A DNA stretch of 64,000 nucleotides from Acidobacteriota bacterium (GCA_965209055.1 OZ242374.1:2112001-2176000), one strand, 5' to 3'. Counted from the stretch's first letter, positions 30,081 to 40,114 are shown. The notes: generated from the letters alone by a model not told the origin. A program made the numbers and translations.

Positions 30081-31445
30081 ATGGATCCTTCCCGGCAGGC
30101 CATCTCCGATCCCGTCCTCGCGCTAGTCGGCTTCTTCGCCGTCGTGGTGCTGCTCCTCTTCCTGGCGGCCCGCTGCAAGTGGCACGTCTTCCTGGCCCTC
30201 ATGGTCCCCCTCCTCCTGCTGGGCCTGATGCCGGGAGTAAACCGGTCCGTCTTCATCCAGGCCTTCCAGGAGGGATTCGGCAACACCCTGGGGAAGATCG
30301 GAGTGGTCATCGTTCTGGGCTCGATCATCGCCGAGTTCCTCAGGCACACCGGGGCCATCCAGGTCATCACCCGGTCCATGGTGAACCTGGCGGGAGCCCA
30401 CCGCATGCCCTTGGCCCTGACCCTGAGCGGCTTCGTGCTGGGGGTGGCCATCTTCTCGGACGTGGCCTACGTCATCCTGAACCCCCTGGTCCACTCCGCG
30501 GCCCGGGTCATGGGCGTCGGCATGGGGGTCATGTCCATCGGCCTGGTGTCCGCGATCCAGTTGACGCACGCCGTGGTTCCTCCCACGCCGGGTCCGCTGG
30601 CGGCCGCGGCCCTGGTGGGCGCCGACATCGGCCGGACCATCATCTACGGCGGCCTCGCCTGCCTGGCCGGTTCCCTGGCCGGATGGGTCTGGGGCCAGTA
30701 CCTGGTGGGACCCCGCCTCAAGACCCTTCCTTCCGAGGAGTTCTCGAAGGATCCGGCCTCGGAGGAGGAAGGCGCGGGTTATCCGGGCACCCTGCGGTCC
30801 TACGCCCCCATCGCGATTCCGGTGGTGTTGATTTCGAGCCAGAGCGTGGTCCGTTTCCTGCTGGAGGAGGGTCACCCGGCGCGCCGGATCCTGGAGTACC
30901 TGGGATGGCCCGTGATCGCCCTTTCCATCGGACTGGTCCTGGCCTGGTGGAACATCCGGAGCCCTGAAGACCGGAAGTCCGCCAGATCCGGTTGGATCGA
31001 GGATGGACTCCGGGCCTCCGCCATGATCCTGGTGGTCACCGGCCTGGGCGGATCCCTGAGCGCCATCCTCAAGGCGACGCCGGCGGTGGGAGTGCTGGCC
31101 GAGGCCTTCGCGGCGTCGGGACTGCCGGCCATTCTTCTGCCCTTCGTCATCGGCATTCTCGGGAACATGATCACCGGGTCCACGACGGTGGGCGTCATCA
31201 CGGCGGCGTCCCTGGTGGCGCCCATGCTGGACGACCTCTCGCTGTCGCCCGAAGCCGCCATGCTGGCCGGGGCCTGCGGGTCCGTGATCATCAAGTATGT
31301 CAACAGCAGCTATTTCTGGGTCTGCACGTCGTTGAGCGGGCTGCCGGTGAGAGAAGCCATCTGGGGCTACGGCGGCGGCACGCTGGTGGGAGGAGGAGTC
31401 TCCTTCGCCGTGGTCTATCTGCTGTGGGCGGTGGGGATCCTCTGA
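30081..31445 (+). CDS. GntP-family organic acid permease
   Basis: GFGNTL, IFSDVAYVIL, HAVVPPTPGPLAAA, GSTTV, VNSSYFW. Confidence 0.9.
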   Translation: MDPSRQAISDPVLALVGFFAVVVLLLFLAARCKWHVFLALMVPLLLLGLMPGVNRSVFIQAFQEGFGNTLGKIGVVIVLGSIIAEFLRHTGAIQVITRSMVNLAGAHRMPLALTLSGFVLGVAIFSDVAYVILNPLVHSAARVMGVGMGVMSIGLVSAIQLTHAVVPPTPGPLAAAALVGADIGRTIIYGGLACLAGSLAGWVWGQYLVGPRLKTLPSEEFSKDPASEEEGAGYPGTLRSYAPIAIPVVLISSQSVVRFLLEEGHPARRILEYLGWPVIALSIGLVLAWWNIRSPEDRKSARSGWIEDGLRASAMILVVTGLGGSLSAILKATPAVGVLAEAFAASGLPAILLPFVIGILGNMITGSTTVGVITAASLVAPMLDDLSLSPEAAMLAGACGSVIIKYVNSSYFWVCTSLSGLPVREAIWGYGGGTLVGGGVSFAVVYLLWAVGIL

Positions 31446-31474
31446 ACGGCCGTCGTTGACGAGGAGAGAGTTTC

Positions 31475-31891
31475 ATGCAGGCATCACGCAGAACCGTCAT
31501 CGAGCCGGAGGGGATTCCGGCGCCGGCGGGCCAGTACTCCGAGGCCATCCGTGCGCGGGGAGGTCATTTCCTGTTCATCGCCGGACAGGTGGCCCAGAAT
31601 TCCAAGGGAGAGATCATCGGCAAGGGGGACGCCGAGGCGCAGACCCGGCAGGTTTTCACCAATCTGGGACTCATCCTGAAGAGCGCGGGCGCCTCGTTTC
31701 AGGACGTGGTGGAATTCACCACCTACCTGGTGGGCGTCGAGTCGGTCCGTCCGTTCCTGAAGGCGCGGGCCGAGCTCTTCGTGGACCTCTACCCCAATGC
31801 CGACTATCCCGCCAACACCTTGATCAACATCGAGTCCCTGGGCGGCTCCGACGCCCTGGTGGAAATCAAGGCCGTGGCGGTCCTTCCTTGA
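31475..31891 (+). CDS. RidA/YjgF-family protein
   Basis: YSEAI, LFIAGQVA, QTRQVFTNL, YPANT, LVEIKAVA. Confidence 0.9.
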   Translation: MQASRRTVIEPEGIPAPAGQYSEAIRARGGHFLFIAGQVAQNSKGEIIGKGDAEAQTRQVFTNLGLILKSAGASFQDVVEFTTYLVGVESVRPFLKARAELFVDLYPNADYPANTLINIESLGGSDALVEIKAVAVLP

Positions 31892-31899
31892 CCCCCCGC

Positions 31900-34833
31900 A
31901 TGGACACCGAATCCCTGAGCAGGACCCTCGAATCGACGCTCCGCTCCGCCCTCCAGGGGGAGGTCCGCTTCGACCGGATCTCCAGGGCCATCTATTCCAC
32001 CGACGCCAGCATCTACCAGATTATGCCCCGGGGAGTGGTCGTCCCCCGGTGCGTGGAGGACGTGATCCGGACCGTCCGCACCTGCCGCCGCTACGGCGTC
32101 CCCATCACCGCCCGCGGCGGAGGGACCTCCCAGGCCGGCCAGGCCATCGGCAGCGGTCTCCAACTGGATTTCTCCAAGTACATGAACCGGATCCTGGACC
32201 TGGACGTGGAGGGCCGAACCGTGGTGGTGGAGCCGGGGATCGTCCTGGACGAGTTGAACCTCGCCCTCAAACCCCACGGCCTGGTCCTGCCGTTGGACCT
32301 CTCCACCGCGAATCGGGCCACGGTGGGAGGCGCCATGGCCAACAACTCTGCAGGAACCCGGTCCGTGGTCTACGGCAAGACCATCGACTACGTTCTGGAG
32401 CTGGACGTGGTGCTCTCGGACGGGAGCGTCGTCCACTTCGCACCCGTGGCGAAGGAAGACCTGGACGCCCGCTGCCGGAGCGGGGACCTGGAGGGTCACT
32501 GCTACCGGATGGTGCGGTACCTGGCGCGCCGCCACGCTGACGAGATCGACCGGCGCTATCCCAAGATTCTGCGCCGGGTCGGCGGCTACAACCTGGACGA
32601 CTTCGTCCCCACGGCCGAGTCCTTCAACCTCTCGCGCATCATGGTGGGGTCGGAGGGGACGCTGGGACTGGCCGTGGCGGCCAAGCTGCGCCTGGTCCCC
32701 CTTCCCAAGCGCCGGGTGCTCTGCTCGGTCCAGTTCGATGGGGTCCTGGACTCTCTGGACGCCGTGTCGCCCATTCTGGAGCACGGCCCCTCCGCGGTGG
32801 AGCTTCTGGACCGCTTCATCCTGGATACGACCAGGGGCAAGAGCGAGTATGAACCGTTGCGCGACTTCATCCAGGGAGACCCTGGAGGGGTCCTGCTGGT
32901 GGAGTTCACGGGGAACACGCTGGAAGATCTTGCGGACCGGGTCGACCGCCTGGAAGCGGACCTGGCGAGCCGGCAATTGGGCAGCCACTTTCACCGGGCG
33001 CTGGAGCCGGACGCCCAGGCCCGCATCTGGCGGCTGCGCAAGGCGGGGCTCGGCCTGTCCATGTCGCAACGGGGAGACGCCAAGGCCCATTCCTTCGTGG
33101 AGGACACGGCGGTGGCGCCGGAGAACCTCAAGGAGTACATCCGGCGCTTCATGGAGGTGTTGGAGCGCCACCAGACCCGGGCGGGGTTCTACGCCCACGC
33201 CTCGGTGGGCCTGCTTCATGTCCGCCCCGTCGTGGATCTCAAGACCGCGGACGGAGTGGACAAGTTCGCCCGCATTGCCGACGAAGTCGCGGACCTGGTC
33301 CTGAAATACGGCGGCGCCCTTTCCGCCGAGCATGGCGACGGCCTGGTCCGGAGCCCGTTTCAGGAGAAGATGTACGGCCCGGTCCTGTACCAGGCCTTCC
33401 GCCGGCTCAAGGAGGCCTTCGATCCCACCGGCGTCTTCAATCCGGGCAAGATCGTGGACGCGCCTCCCATCACCGAGAACCTCAAGTTCGGGACTCAATA
33501 CACGACGCACGAGGTGGAGACCGTCTTCGACTTCTCCGACTACGGAGGCATTTCACGGGCCGCCGAGCAGTGCAGCGGGGTCGGCGCCTGCCGGCAGAGC
33601 CTGCGAGCCACCATGTGCCCCTCCTACCGGGCCACCCGGGACGAGGTGGACGTCACCCGCGGCCGGGCCAACGCCCTGCGGCTGGCCATCTCGGGTCAAT
33701 TGGGTCCCGACGGTTTGGCCGACAAGGACCTGTATCCGGTCCTGGACCTCTGCCTGGAGTGCAAGGCCTGCAAGACCGAGTGTCCCACCGGCGTGGACAT
33801 GGCCCGCCTCAAGAGCGAGTTTCTGCACCACTACCACGCCCGCCACGGCGCTCCCCTCGGGGCTCGCGTCGCCTCCCGCATGGATCTTCTGGCGCGCCTG
33901 GGAAGCCGTCTGGCGCCGCTGTCCAACTGGCTCTCGGCCGCCTCCGTGAGCCGCTGGTTGAACGAGAAGCTGTTGGGCCTGGACCGCCGGCGCCGGCTTC
34001 CCGAATTCGCCGGCCGGACCTTTCTGGACTGGTGGACCCGCCGAAATGGAGGCTCTGCGGCCGCGGAACAAGGTGACGTGGCCATCTTCGCCGACACCTT
34101 CACCAACTACTTCGAGCCGCAGCATGGAGTGGCCGCGGTGCGGGTGGCCCGCCGCCTGGGAGCCCGGGTCGTGGTGCCGGCCCGTGTCTGTTGCGGGCGG
34201 CCCCTCATCTCCAAGGGATTCCTGCGGCAGGCGGCGCGGCAGGCCGAAGCCACGACGCGGACCCTGACCCCCTTGGCGCAACGGGGGATCCCGATCGTCT
34301 TCTGCGAGCCCAGTTGTTATTCGGCCGTCTGCGACGACCATCCGCACCTGGTGTCCGAATCCATGCGGGAACAGGCTCGAGCCGTGGCCCGGGCGGCCCG
34401 AACCTTCGAGGAATGGTGCGGTCAGGCGCTGGAGGTTCTGCCGGAACCGGAGGTCGGCAGGCTGTTGGGCAACGGAGCTTCAGAATCCCAACAGATTCTG
34501 CTCCATGGCCACTGCCATCAAAAGGCTCTGGTGGGAATGGAGGCGGCCGTCGGGCTACTGTCGAAAATCCCGGGAGTTCAGGTCACACCTTTGGACAGCG
34601 GCTGCTGCGGCATGGCCGGGATGTTCGGATACGAGAGCAAGCACTACGAGGTGTCCCGCGCGGTGGGAGAGCTGCGCCTCTTTCCAGCTCTCAGAGAAGC
34701 CGCCTCCGGCACCGAGGTGGTGGCGCCCGGTTTCTCCTGCCGGCATCAGATCGATCACTTCACGGATCGACAGGCGGTCTCCTCCATGGAACTGCTGGCG
34801 TCGCTGATGGGAGAAGCCAGGACTCGGCCCTGA
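31900..34833 (+). CDS. FAD-linked 2-hydroxyacid oxidase fused to a Fe-S domain (YdiJ/GlcD-GlcF-like)
   Basis: YSTDASIY, RGGGTS, GSEGTL, AEHGDG, CSGVGAC, CLECKACKTECP, CCG domains. The track's longer start overlaps RidA. Confidence 0.92.
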   Translation: MDTESLSRTLESTLRSALQGEVRFDRISRAIYSTDASIYQIMPRGVVVPRCVEDVIRTVRTCRRYGVPITARGGGTSQAGQAIGSGLQLDFSKYMNRILDLDVEGRTVVVEPGIVLDELNLALKPHGLVLPLDLSTANRATVGGAMANNSAGTRSVVYGKTIDYVLELDVVLSDGSVVHFAPVAKEDLDARCRSGDLEGHCYRMVRYLARRHADEIDRRYPKILRRVGGYNLDDFVPTAESFNLSRIMVGSEGTLGLAVAAKLRLVPLPKRRVLCSVQFDGVLDSLDAVSPILEHGPSAVELLDRFILDTTRGKSEYEPLRDFIQGDPGGVLLVEFTGNTLEDLADRVDRLEADLASRQLGSHFHRALEPDAQARIWRLRKAGLGLSMSQRGDAKAHSFVEDTAVAPENLKEYIRRFMEVLERHQTRAGFYAHASVGLLHVRPVVDLKTADGVDKFARIADEVADLVLKYGGALSAEHGDGLVRSPFQEKMYGPVLYQAFRRLKEAFDPTGVFNPGKIVDAPPITENLKFGTQYTTHEVETVFDFSDYGGISRAAEQCSGVGACRQSLRATMCPSYRATRDEVDVTRGRANALRLAISGQLGPDGLADKDLYPVLDLCLECKACKTECPTGVDMARLKSEFLHHYHARHGAPLGARVASRMDLLARLGSRLAPLSNWLSAASVSRWLNEKLLGLDRRRRLPEFAGRTFLDWWTRRNGGSAAAEQGDVAIFADTFTNYFEPQHGVAAVRVARRLGARVVVPARVCCGRPLISKGFLRQAARQAEATTRTLTPLAQRGIPIVFCEPSCYSAVCDDHPHLVSESMREQARAVARAARTFEEWCGQALEVLPEPEVGRLLGNGASESQQILLHGHCHQKALVGMEAAVGLLSKIPGVQVTPLDSGCCGMAGMFGYESKHYEVSRAVGELRLFPALREAASGTEVVAPGFSCRHQIDHFTDRQAVSSMELLASLMGEARTRP

Positions 34834-34955
34834 CGGGACTTCGCTAACCCGTGGCAGCTCCGCCGCCGCAATGCCCTACCATTCCCATCGATCAGCGGTC
34901 CCATGGGAACGTCAGGGAAGAGTGTGGTGGACTGTTTGATGGCAGTCCGTCCAAT

Positions 34956-35337
34956 TCACCAGAGTGTGGGTGCAGGATAGCGGGTAATTATCGGATCAGG
35001 CGTCACGATGGTCATCCCGTGGAGGATCGCCTGTGACACCAGACCCCGGTCGAACGGGTCGGAATGATACGGGGGTAGCTGAGTGTCATGTGCCGCGCAG
35101 GCTTCGTCGAAGGCCAACGATTCAATCTGCAGTTGCTCCCGTTGGTTGGCCACGTAGCGTCCGGGCGATTCGGGTAGCGGCAGCCGCCCCAGTCGATGCT
35201 TGATGGCGATTTCCCACACAGAGAGCGAGCTGAGGTAGACGGCGTTCGCCGGATTCACGAAAGCAGCACGAACCCGGGCCGTAAGACGAGGATCGTTACC
35301 CGCCAACCAGAGGAAAGTGCAGGTATCGACCTCTCAC
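34956..35337 (-). pseudogene. PIN (VapC) toxin with 5' frameshift
   Basis: GTG 35337 (overlapping the antitoxin TAG) is out of frame with VDTCTFLWLA...SVWEIAIK...HSDPFDR...TLW. An in-frame TGA lies just upstream of the first catalytic Asp. Confidence 0.75.
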
Positions 35338-35582
35338 TACGACTCGCCACCACTTCCGAAAGCCCGGAGGATGTCCTCAGGAAGCGGCTCGAAGAAACTG
35401 TCAGGCACCTTCAGGCCCGGATCGGTACCGATCGGACGTTTCTTCATGGACAGCTTTGGAAGGGGTCGGATCTCGGCAATGGGCACATTGCGTCGACACA
35501 GGACCACCGTCTCACCCCGTTCGACGCTCTGGAGGTACTCTGAGAGACGGGCTTTCGCCTGCGCGATGTTTGCCTTGATCAT
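35337..35582 (-). CDS. Phd/YefM-family antitoxin
   Basis: NIAQAKARLSEYLQSVERGETVVLCRRNVPIAEIRP...FFEPLPED. Confidence 0.9.
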   Translation of the reverse strand: MIKANIAQAKARLSEYLQSVERGETVVLCRRNVPIAEIRPLPKLSMKKRPIGTDPGLKVPDSFFEPLPEDILRAFGSGGES

Positions 35583-35595
35583 GGTCAAATACTAG

Positions 35596-36786
35596 GGAAG
35601 GTCTGATTAAGTCGAGTCAGCGTTCTGCACGATAATTCTTTCATCATCACTGCGTTGGGGGGAAAGACGATGTCGCAACGGACGTTCGCAGATCTGGAAT
35701 ACGACACCAAGAAGCGGGTGACCCGTCGAGAGAAGTTTCTGGCCCGCATGGACGGGTTGATTCCGTGGGAGCATTTGGAAGCCCGGATTGAGCCGTTTTA
35801 CCCGAAAGCGGGACGGGGCCGGCGTCCCTACCCGCTCTCGACGATGCTGCGGGTTCACTGCGTGCAGCTGTTTTACAACCTGAGCGATCCGGGGATGGAA
35901 GATCTGCTCTATGAGGTGGAATCGGTGCGGCGGTTCGTGGGCCTGAAGCTCACGGGGCCGCTGCCGGACGAGACGACGATTCTGAAGTTCCGTCATCGGC
36001 TGGAGGAGCATGGTCTGGGGGAGGCGCTGTTCGAGGAGATCGGTTCTCACCTGCAGCGGCAAGGCCTGCGGCTGAGCCGTGGGACGATCGTCGACGCGAG
36101 TATCCTGGCGGCGCCTTCCTCGACGAAAAACAAGGATCGGGCGCGGGATCCGGAGATGCACCAGACGAAAAAGGGAAAACAGTGGTATTTCGGAATGAAG
36201 GCCCACTTGGGGGTGGACGCCCAGACGGGGGTGGCGCACACGGTGGTGACGGCTCCGGCCAACGAGCATGACGTGACGCGGGCCTCCGAATTGCTGCACG
36301 GCTCGGAGTCGCAAGTTTGGGGGGATTCCGGATACCAGGGAGTGCAGAAGCGGTCGGAGAATCGAGATCGGCCGATGGATTGGCAGGTGATGATGAAGCC
36401 CGGGAAGCGTTGGCAGCTGTCGCCGGAGAGTGAGGCGGCGTTGGCCGAGCGGCGCAAGGCATCGGTTCGGGCGAAGGCCGAACATGTGTTCGGGTACCTG
36501 AAACGGCATTTCGGCTACGCCAAGGTGCGCTACCGCGGGCTGGCGAAAAACACCCAACGGATCTATCTGCTGGTGGGATTCGCCAATCTGATGATCGCCG
36601 AGCGCTCCGGTGTGACCGCCTGATCGGAATGCGGCACGGCTGTGTTTGAGGCTGGGGAAACCGTCTCGCAATCGCTTGGTCAAGACCAATTCAGGGTTGC
36701 AAATCCCACGTTACAACGCCTGGATCCGAAAAAGGCAGAGATACAAGGTCTGTTTCGCCCCGTATGAGGACTTATTCAGACCTTCC
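35596..36786 (+). mobile_element. IS5-family (IS5 group) insertion sequence, 1191 bp, complete
   Basis: Terminal inverted repeats GGAAGGTCTGA(T/A)TAAGTC; CTAG duplicated at 35592-35595 and 36787-36790. Confidence 0.96.
35670..36623 (+). CDS. IS5-family DDE transposase
   Basis: PDETTILKFRH, IVDAS, WYFGMKAHLGVD, GDSGYQG, RAKAEHVF, KVRYRGLAKN. Confidence 0.96.
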   Translation: MSQRTFADLEYDTKKRVTRREKFLARMDGLIPWEHLEARIEPFYPKAGRGRRPYPLSTMLRVHCVQLFYNLSDPGMEDLLYEVESVRRFVGLKLTGPLPDETTILKFRHRLEEHGLGEALFEEIGSHLQRQGLRLSRGTIVDASILAAPSSTKNKDRARDPEMHQTKKGKQWYFGMKAHLGVDAQTGVAHTVVTAPANEHDVTRASELLHGSESQVWGDSGYQGVQKRSENRDRPMDWQVMMKPGKRWQLSPESEAALAERRKASVRAKAEHVFGYLKRHFGYAKVRYRGLAKNTQRIYLLVGFANLMIAERSGVTA

Positions 36787-36814
36787 CTAGATCAACAATA
36801 TGACTATCAACAAG

Positions 36815-37975
36815 TTACAGATAGAGGTGGAGCTGTGCCAGAAGCGTTTTCGTGTGCAGGTCGCCGAACCGGAAGTGGTCCCGGTAGTACGACAGGCTCA
36901 CGTGCCAGTGGGTCCGCGGATAGAAGTCCAGGCCGTACACCATGCGGCGCACATCACCCCAAGGGTCCTTGTCGGTCCAGCGCACCTGCGGCGACACTCT
37001 CAGCCAGATCCCCCGGAACGCTTCCACCGACGTCTGGTTGGCGACTATGTACGCCCGATCGCTCCGGGCCAGACTTTGGAGCCGGCGGTCGGCGTGGGTC
37101 CAGGTGACCAGCCAGCGCACCGGGGCATATCCGAAGGACACGCCGGTGTGCGTGCTTCGGGGCCTGAAATCGGTCTCGCCGCGGTACAGCAGCGACCCCG
37201 CGACGACGGTGCGCGGGGTGAGGTCGAACTGGTACCGGCCGCTCACGGTGAATGCTGCCCGGCCCTTGCCGTCGATGAGCGAGTCGGCGCGGCCCGGACC
37301 GACCGACATTTGCAGCAGCGATCGATCGAGCGACAGCCCCACCTCGACCCCGTAGACCTGGTCGTCCTGCGCGAGGCCCGGGCCCTCGCGTGTAAATGAG
37401 GTGTGATCCGCGAACCGAACGCCGTAGGCCGGCAGGAAGCGCCCTCCCCGCACGCTCAGCGCATCGCTGACCTGGTAGGCCACCCAATGTTCGTAGAAGA
37501 CGAATTCACCGCCTCTTACGGGCTTTCGTCCAACGCTCCCGTAGGCTGTCCAGCGGTCCCGTTTCCAGGCGGCCTGCAGATCGAGGTTCATCAGGAAATT
37601 GCGGTCGTCGATGGCGATGCCGGGCACCGTGACGCCCACGTGCGAGGGCCGGAGGTCGAGGCCGAGTTGCAGGGGGGAGTCGCTCCCAATGGCGCCGTAC
37701 AGGAAGGATTCCTCGCTTCGGGTCCCTCCCGGGGATGCCGCGCCAGCCGCTGGGCGCCGGCCGAAAGTCGAGATCTCCTCCCGCGACAGCGACCGCCCGT
37801 AAGGCGTGAGCAATCCACCGCCCGATGGCGAGTAGTGGCAGGCCGTGCATCGCGGGTACTGCTTGGAGAGGAAAATCGGTTCGGCGGATGCAGGCGTCAT
37901 GCCCCAACCGCCGAGGAGAGCGGCGGCTGCGAGACCCGTTCCCAAGCTTCGGCGCAACGTTGCCGTACGGATCAT
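36815..37975 (-). CDS. Monoheme cytochrome c-porin fusion (Cyc2-like outer-membrane beta-barrel)
   Basis: Signal peptide then PIFLSKQYPR-CTACH-YSPSGGGLLTPYGR, amphipathic beta strands, C-terminal QLHLYL. Confidence 0.7.
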   Translation of the reverse strand: MIRTATLRRSLGTGLAAAALLGGWGMTPASAEPIFLSKQYPRCTACHYSPSGGGLLTPYGRSLSREEISTFGRRPAAGAASPGGTRSEESFLYGAIGSDSPLQLGLDLRPSHVGVTVPGIAIDDRNFLMNLDLQAAWKRDRWTAYGSVGRKPVRGGEFVFYEHWVAYQVSDALSVRGGRFLPAYGVRFADHTSFTREGPGLAQDDQVYGVEVGLSLDRSLLQMSVGPGRADSLIDGKGRAAFTVSGRYQFDLTPRTVVAGSLLYRGETDFRPRSTHTGVSFGYAPVRWLVTWTHADRRLQSLARSDRAYIVANQTSVEAFRGIWLRVSPQVRWTDKDPWGDVRRMVYGLDFYPRTHWHVSLSYYRDHFRFGDLHTKTLLAQLHLYL

Positions 37976-38643
37976 TGGGGCCCACCGGTGGAAGAGTTGT
38001 CGCTGACCGCGTCGAAGGTGACGAGGATTCCGACCTCGTCGCGCACACCGACGCCCAGATAGCGGGGAGGGGGGATGTCGAACACCTTCAGGCTCAACGA
38101 GAACGCCGCCTGCACGTGAAGCTGCCCGTCGCGCCGGCTCAGTTCCGCCTTGCCCGCTATGGCCCTTTCGACTCCGTGCAGCGACAACGTTCCCGAGAAC
38201 GGCGTCTTGTGGCGGGCGGCGTCCGGCGGGAGCGGGACAGCCAGTTCGATGCCGGTCAGGGCGGCGTGCCGGAACCGCTCACCGCGGGCCACCTCCAGAT
38301 AGGTCTCCCGCAGGTGGTTGTTGCGCAGTTCGATGCCGGTGTCGAGGGGGACGAGATCGACCCGGAGCGTGCCCGCATAGGACGCTTCGGGCCCGGTTTG
38401 CCGCAAGGTTCCGGAAATCGCCGACGTGGCGGCGTCGAAGCTGCCGCCGACGGTGAGGCGGCAGCGGACCCGCACATTCCCGGACGTAAGATTCCAGGAT
38501 TGTTCGGCACTTGCCGGCCATGCGGCGGCCAAGTCGAGGGTGGCCGGCAGAAGCGTCGTTGCGAGGGCGATCGAGACGACCCTCCGCGGAACCTTCAGGG
38601 TAAGTCCCCGGCTCGTATGAAGGACTCGCGAACACGTTGTCAT
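37972..38643 (-). CDS. YceI-family lipid/isoprenoid-binding protein
   Basis: LDTGIELRNNHL, GTLSLHGVER, FDIPPP..LGVGVRDEV; ATGA overlaps at both ends. Confidence 0.85.
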   Translation of the reverse strand: MTTCSRVLHTSRGLTLKVPRRVVSIALATTLLPATLDLAAAWPASAEQSWNLTSGNVRVRCRLTVGGSFDAATSAISGTLRQTGPEASYAGTLRVDLVPLDTGIELRNNHLRETYLEVARGERFRHAALTGIELAVPLPPDAARHKTPFSGTLSLHGVERAIAGKAELSRRDGQLHVQAAFSLSLKVFDIPPPRYLGVGVRDEVGILVTFDAVSDNSSTGGPQ

Positions 38644-39914
38644 TGCATCGGTGCAACGGGAAGGCTTGCCATATTATTTCCGGAACTTATACGCAGCACT
38701 GTAGCCGCCACCCGGCCATGTGACGGAACGACCTCCAGAACACCCTGGAAATCTGTCAAGTCGGGGACAGGATCGTCCCAATTGAACTCCTCGATGAAGC
38801 GGGCCATGTGTCCATTTCCAGCCAACGGATCTGTGGCCACTGTTCCCGTTCCTGTCTCAGCGCCATCCAGGTCGATGAGCCTCACTTGAAGGGTCTTTTC
38901 CTCGGCGTCCAGATTCATCACAGCCACACCCGTTCTGATGAACCTGTCACCGGTACGGTTTTCCGCAGGAGCTCGAAACCCGGCCAGCGGCTCACTATTG
39001 CCGACCCCGGCCACACCCAGAGTTGCGCCCTCGAACAAGACAACGCCGCTCAGCGGCCCGTCGGAATGAACAGTCAAAGATCCTGCAACGACCGGCCCCT
39101 GGCCGTCGCTTGCGTAAACTGCGCCTCCACCGCCTGCAATACTGAAGACCTCGGTTTCTCCCGAAACCATCTCCCCGTTCAGAACCACATTCAGGGGAGC
39201 CCCATCGCCGCCCCGTAGTTCCAGCTTCGCGTTGACAGCTTCCCCAATACCATTCAGAAGAGAGATCTGGCTGACAATCCCGGCCCCATTGGCGAATTGC
39301 GCGAAATGGAGCCTTTCGGTCAACTCGACGGGACTCGGGACATTGATCTCGCTGTCGGTGGGAATTGAGACAGCGAGAGTGTTGATCGCATCTCCCGTCG
39401 GCCTGTCGTTACCGTCGGCGGAATTGGACGCCACCCTCAATGTCACGCTTGTCTCTTTCGGATCCATCGGCGCCGTCCACTGAAAGTCGACCATCCCGGC
39501 ATCCAGGTTGTTGGTATGAGTCAGTATCTGCGGCCCCACTCCGTCGACCACGGTGGTGTCTCGGGTGACGGCCGTAAGGGCGCCCGCCTGCGTGCCATCG
39601 GAGAAAACAGCTGCCACCTGGAACCCGTACGTCGTGCCTCCAGTGATCGTGATCCCCAAGTCGTAAGTTTCGCCAGGAACGAAACTTTCGGGCAGATTAT
39701 TGAAGGAGACGGAACCGGCCTCGTTCAACGTGCTGCCGGAAGCAAAGTGACAGCCGGGCACGTAACAGCCGCGATCGTTGAGGACGCTGCCCGCTAACGG
39801 AATTTTCCGACCGTCAGGAAACCCTCCGATTGAGGCCACGAACAATAGGGACAGGAAGGCAAGCAGAGTTCCGAAACCGGCCAGAGCCGGCAGTCTTTCC
39901 CAGAACTTCTTCAT
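38640..39914 (-). CDS. Secreted Reeler (choice-of-anchor V-like) domain protein
   Basis: GCYVPGCH, FVPGETY.L.ITI, YGFQV, QAGAL, FQWTAP, NSADGN..TGD; beta-rich C-terminal domain (LHFAQFANG). Confidence 0.75.
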   Translation of the reverse strand: MKKFWERLPALAGFGTLLAFLSLLFVASIGGFPDGRKIPLAGSVLNDRGCYVPGCHFASGSTLNEAGSVSFNNLPESFVPGETYDLGITITGGTTYGFQVAAVFSDGTQAGALTAVTRDTTVVDGVGPQILTHTNNLDAGMVDFQWTAPMDPKETSVTLRVASNSADGNDRPTGDAINTLAVSIPTDSEINVPSPVELTERLHFAQFANGAGIVSQISLLNGIGEAVNAKLELRGGDGAPLNVVLNGEMVSGETEVFSIAGGGGAVYASDGQGPVVAGSLTVHSDGPLSGVVLFEGATLGVAGVGNSEPLAGFRAPAENRTGDRFIRTGVAVMNLDAEEKTLQVRLIDLDGAETGTGTVATDPLAGNGHMARFIEEFNWDDPVPDLTDFQGVLEVVPSHGRVAATVLRISSGNNMASLPVAPMQ

Positions 39915-40114
39915 GGTTATGATCCTCGACGAATTCTCTGATGACCGTATGTTAGCGACGGCCCGGCGTCAATTCACTTCCCTATCGCGATCAACGGGTG
40001 ACGCCGATTTTTTCCTGAAAGCTCAGACCGATGGGAGAGGATGACCGTCGGCCCTGAAGGACTGGCTCGAAACCGCACCGGTTCCCCGGCCCGTCGTCCC
40101 GCGTACAGAAGCGA

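Noticed and set aside
31456-31899. N-terminal extension making a 1125-aa oxidase or RidA fusion
   Set aside because: The extension is an off-frame reading of the RidA gene; oxidase motifs start at ATG 31900.
35607-36689. 360-aa antisense ORF inside IS5
   Set aside because: Shadow of the transposase with no independent evidence.
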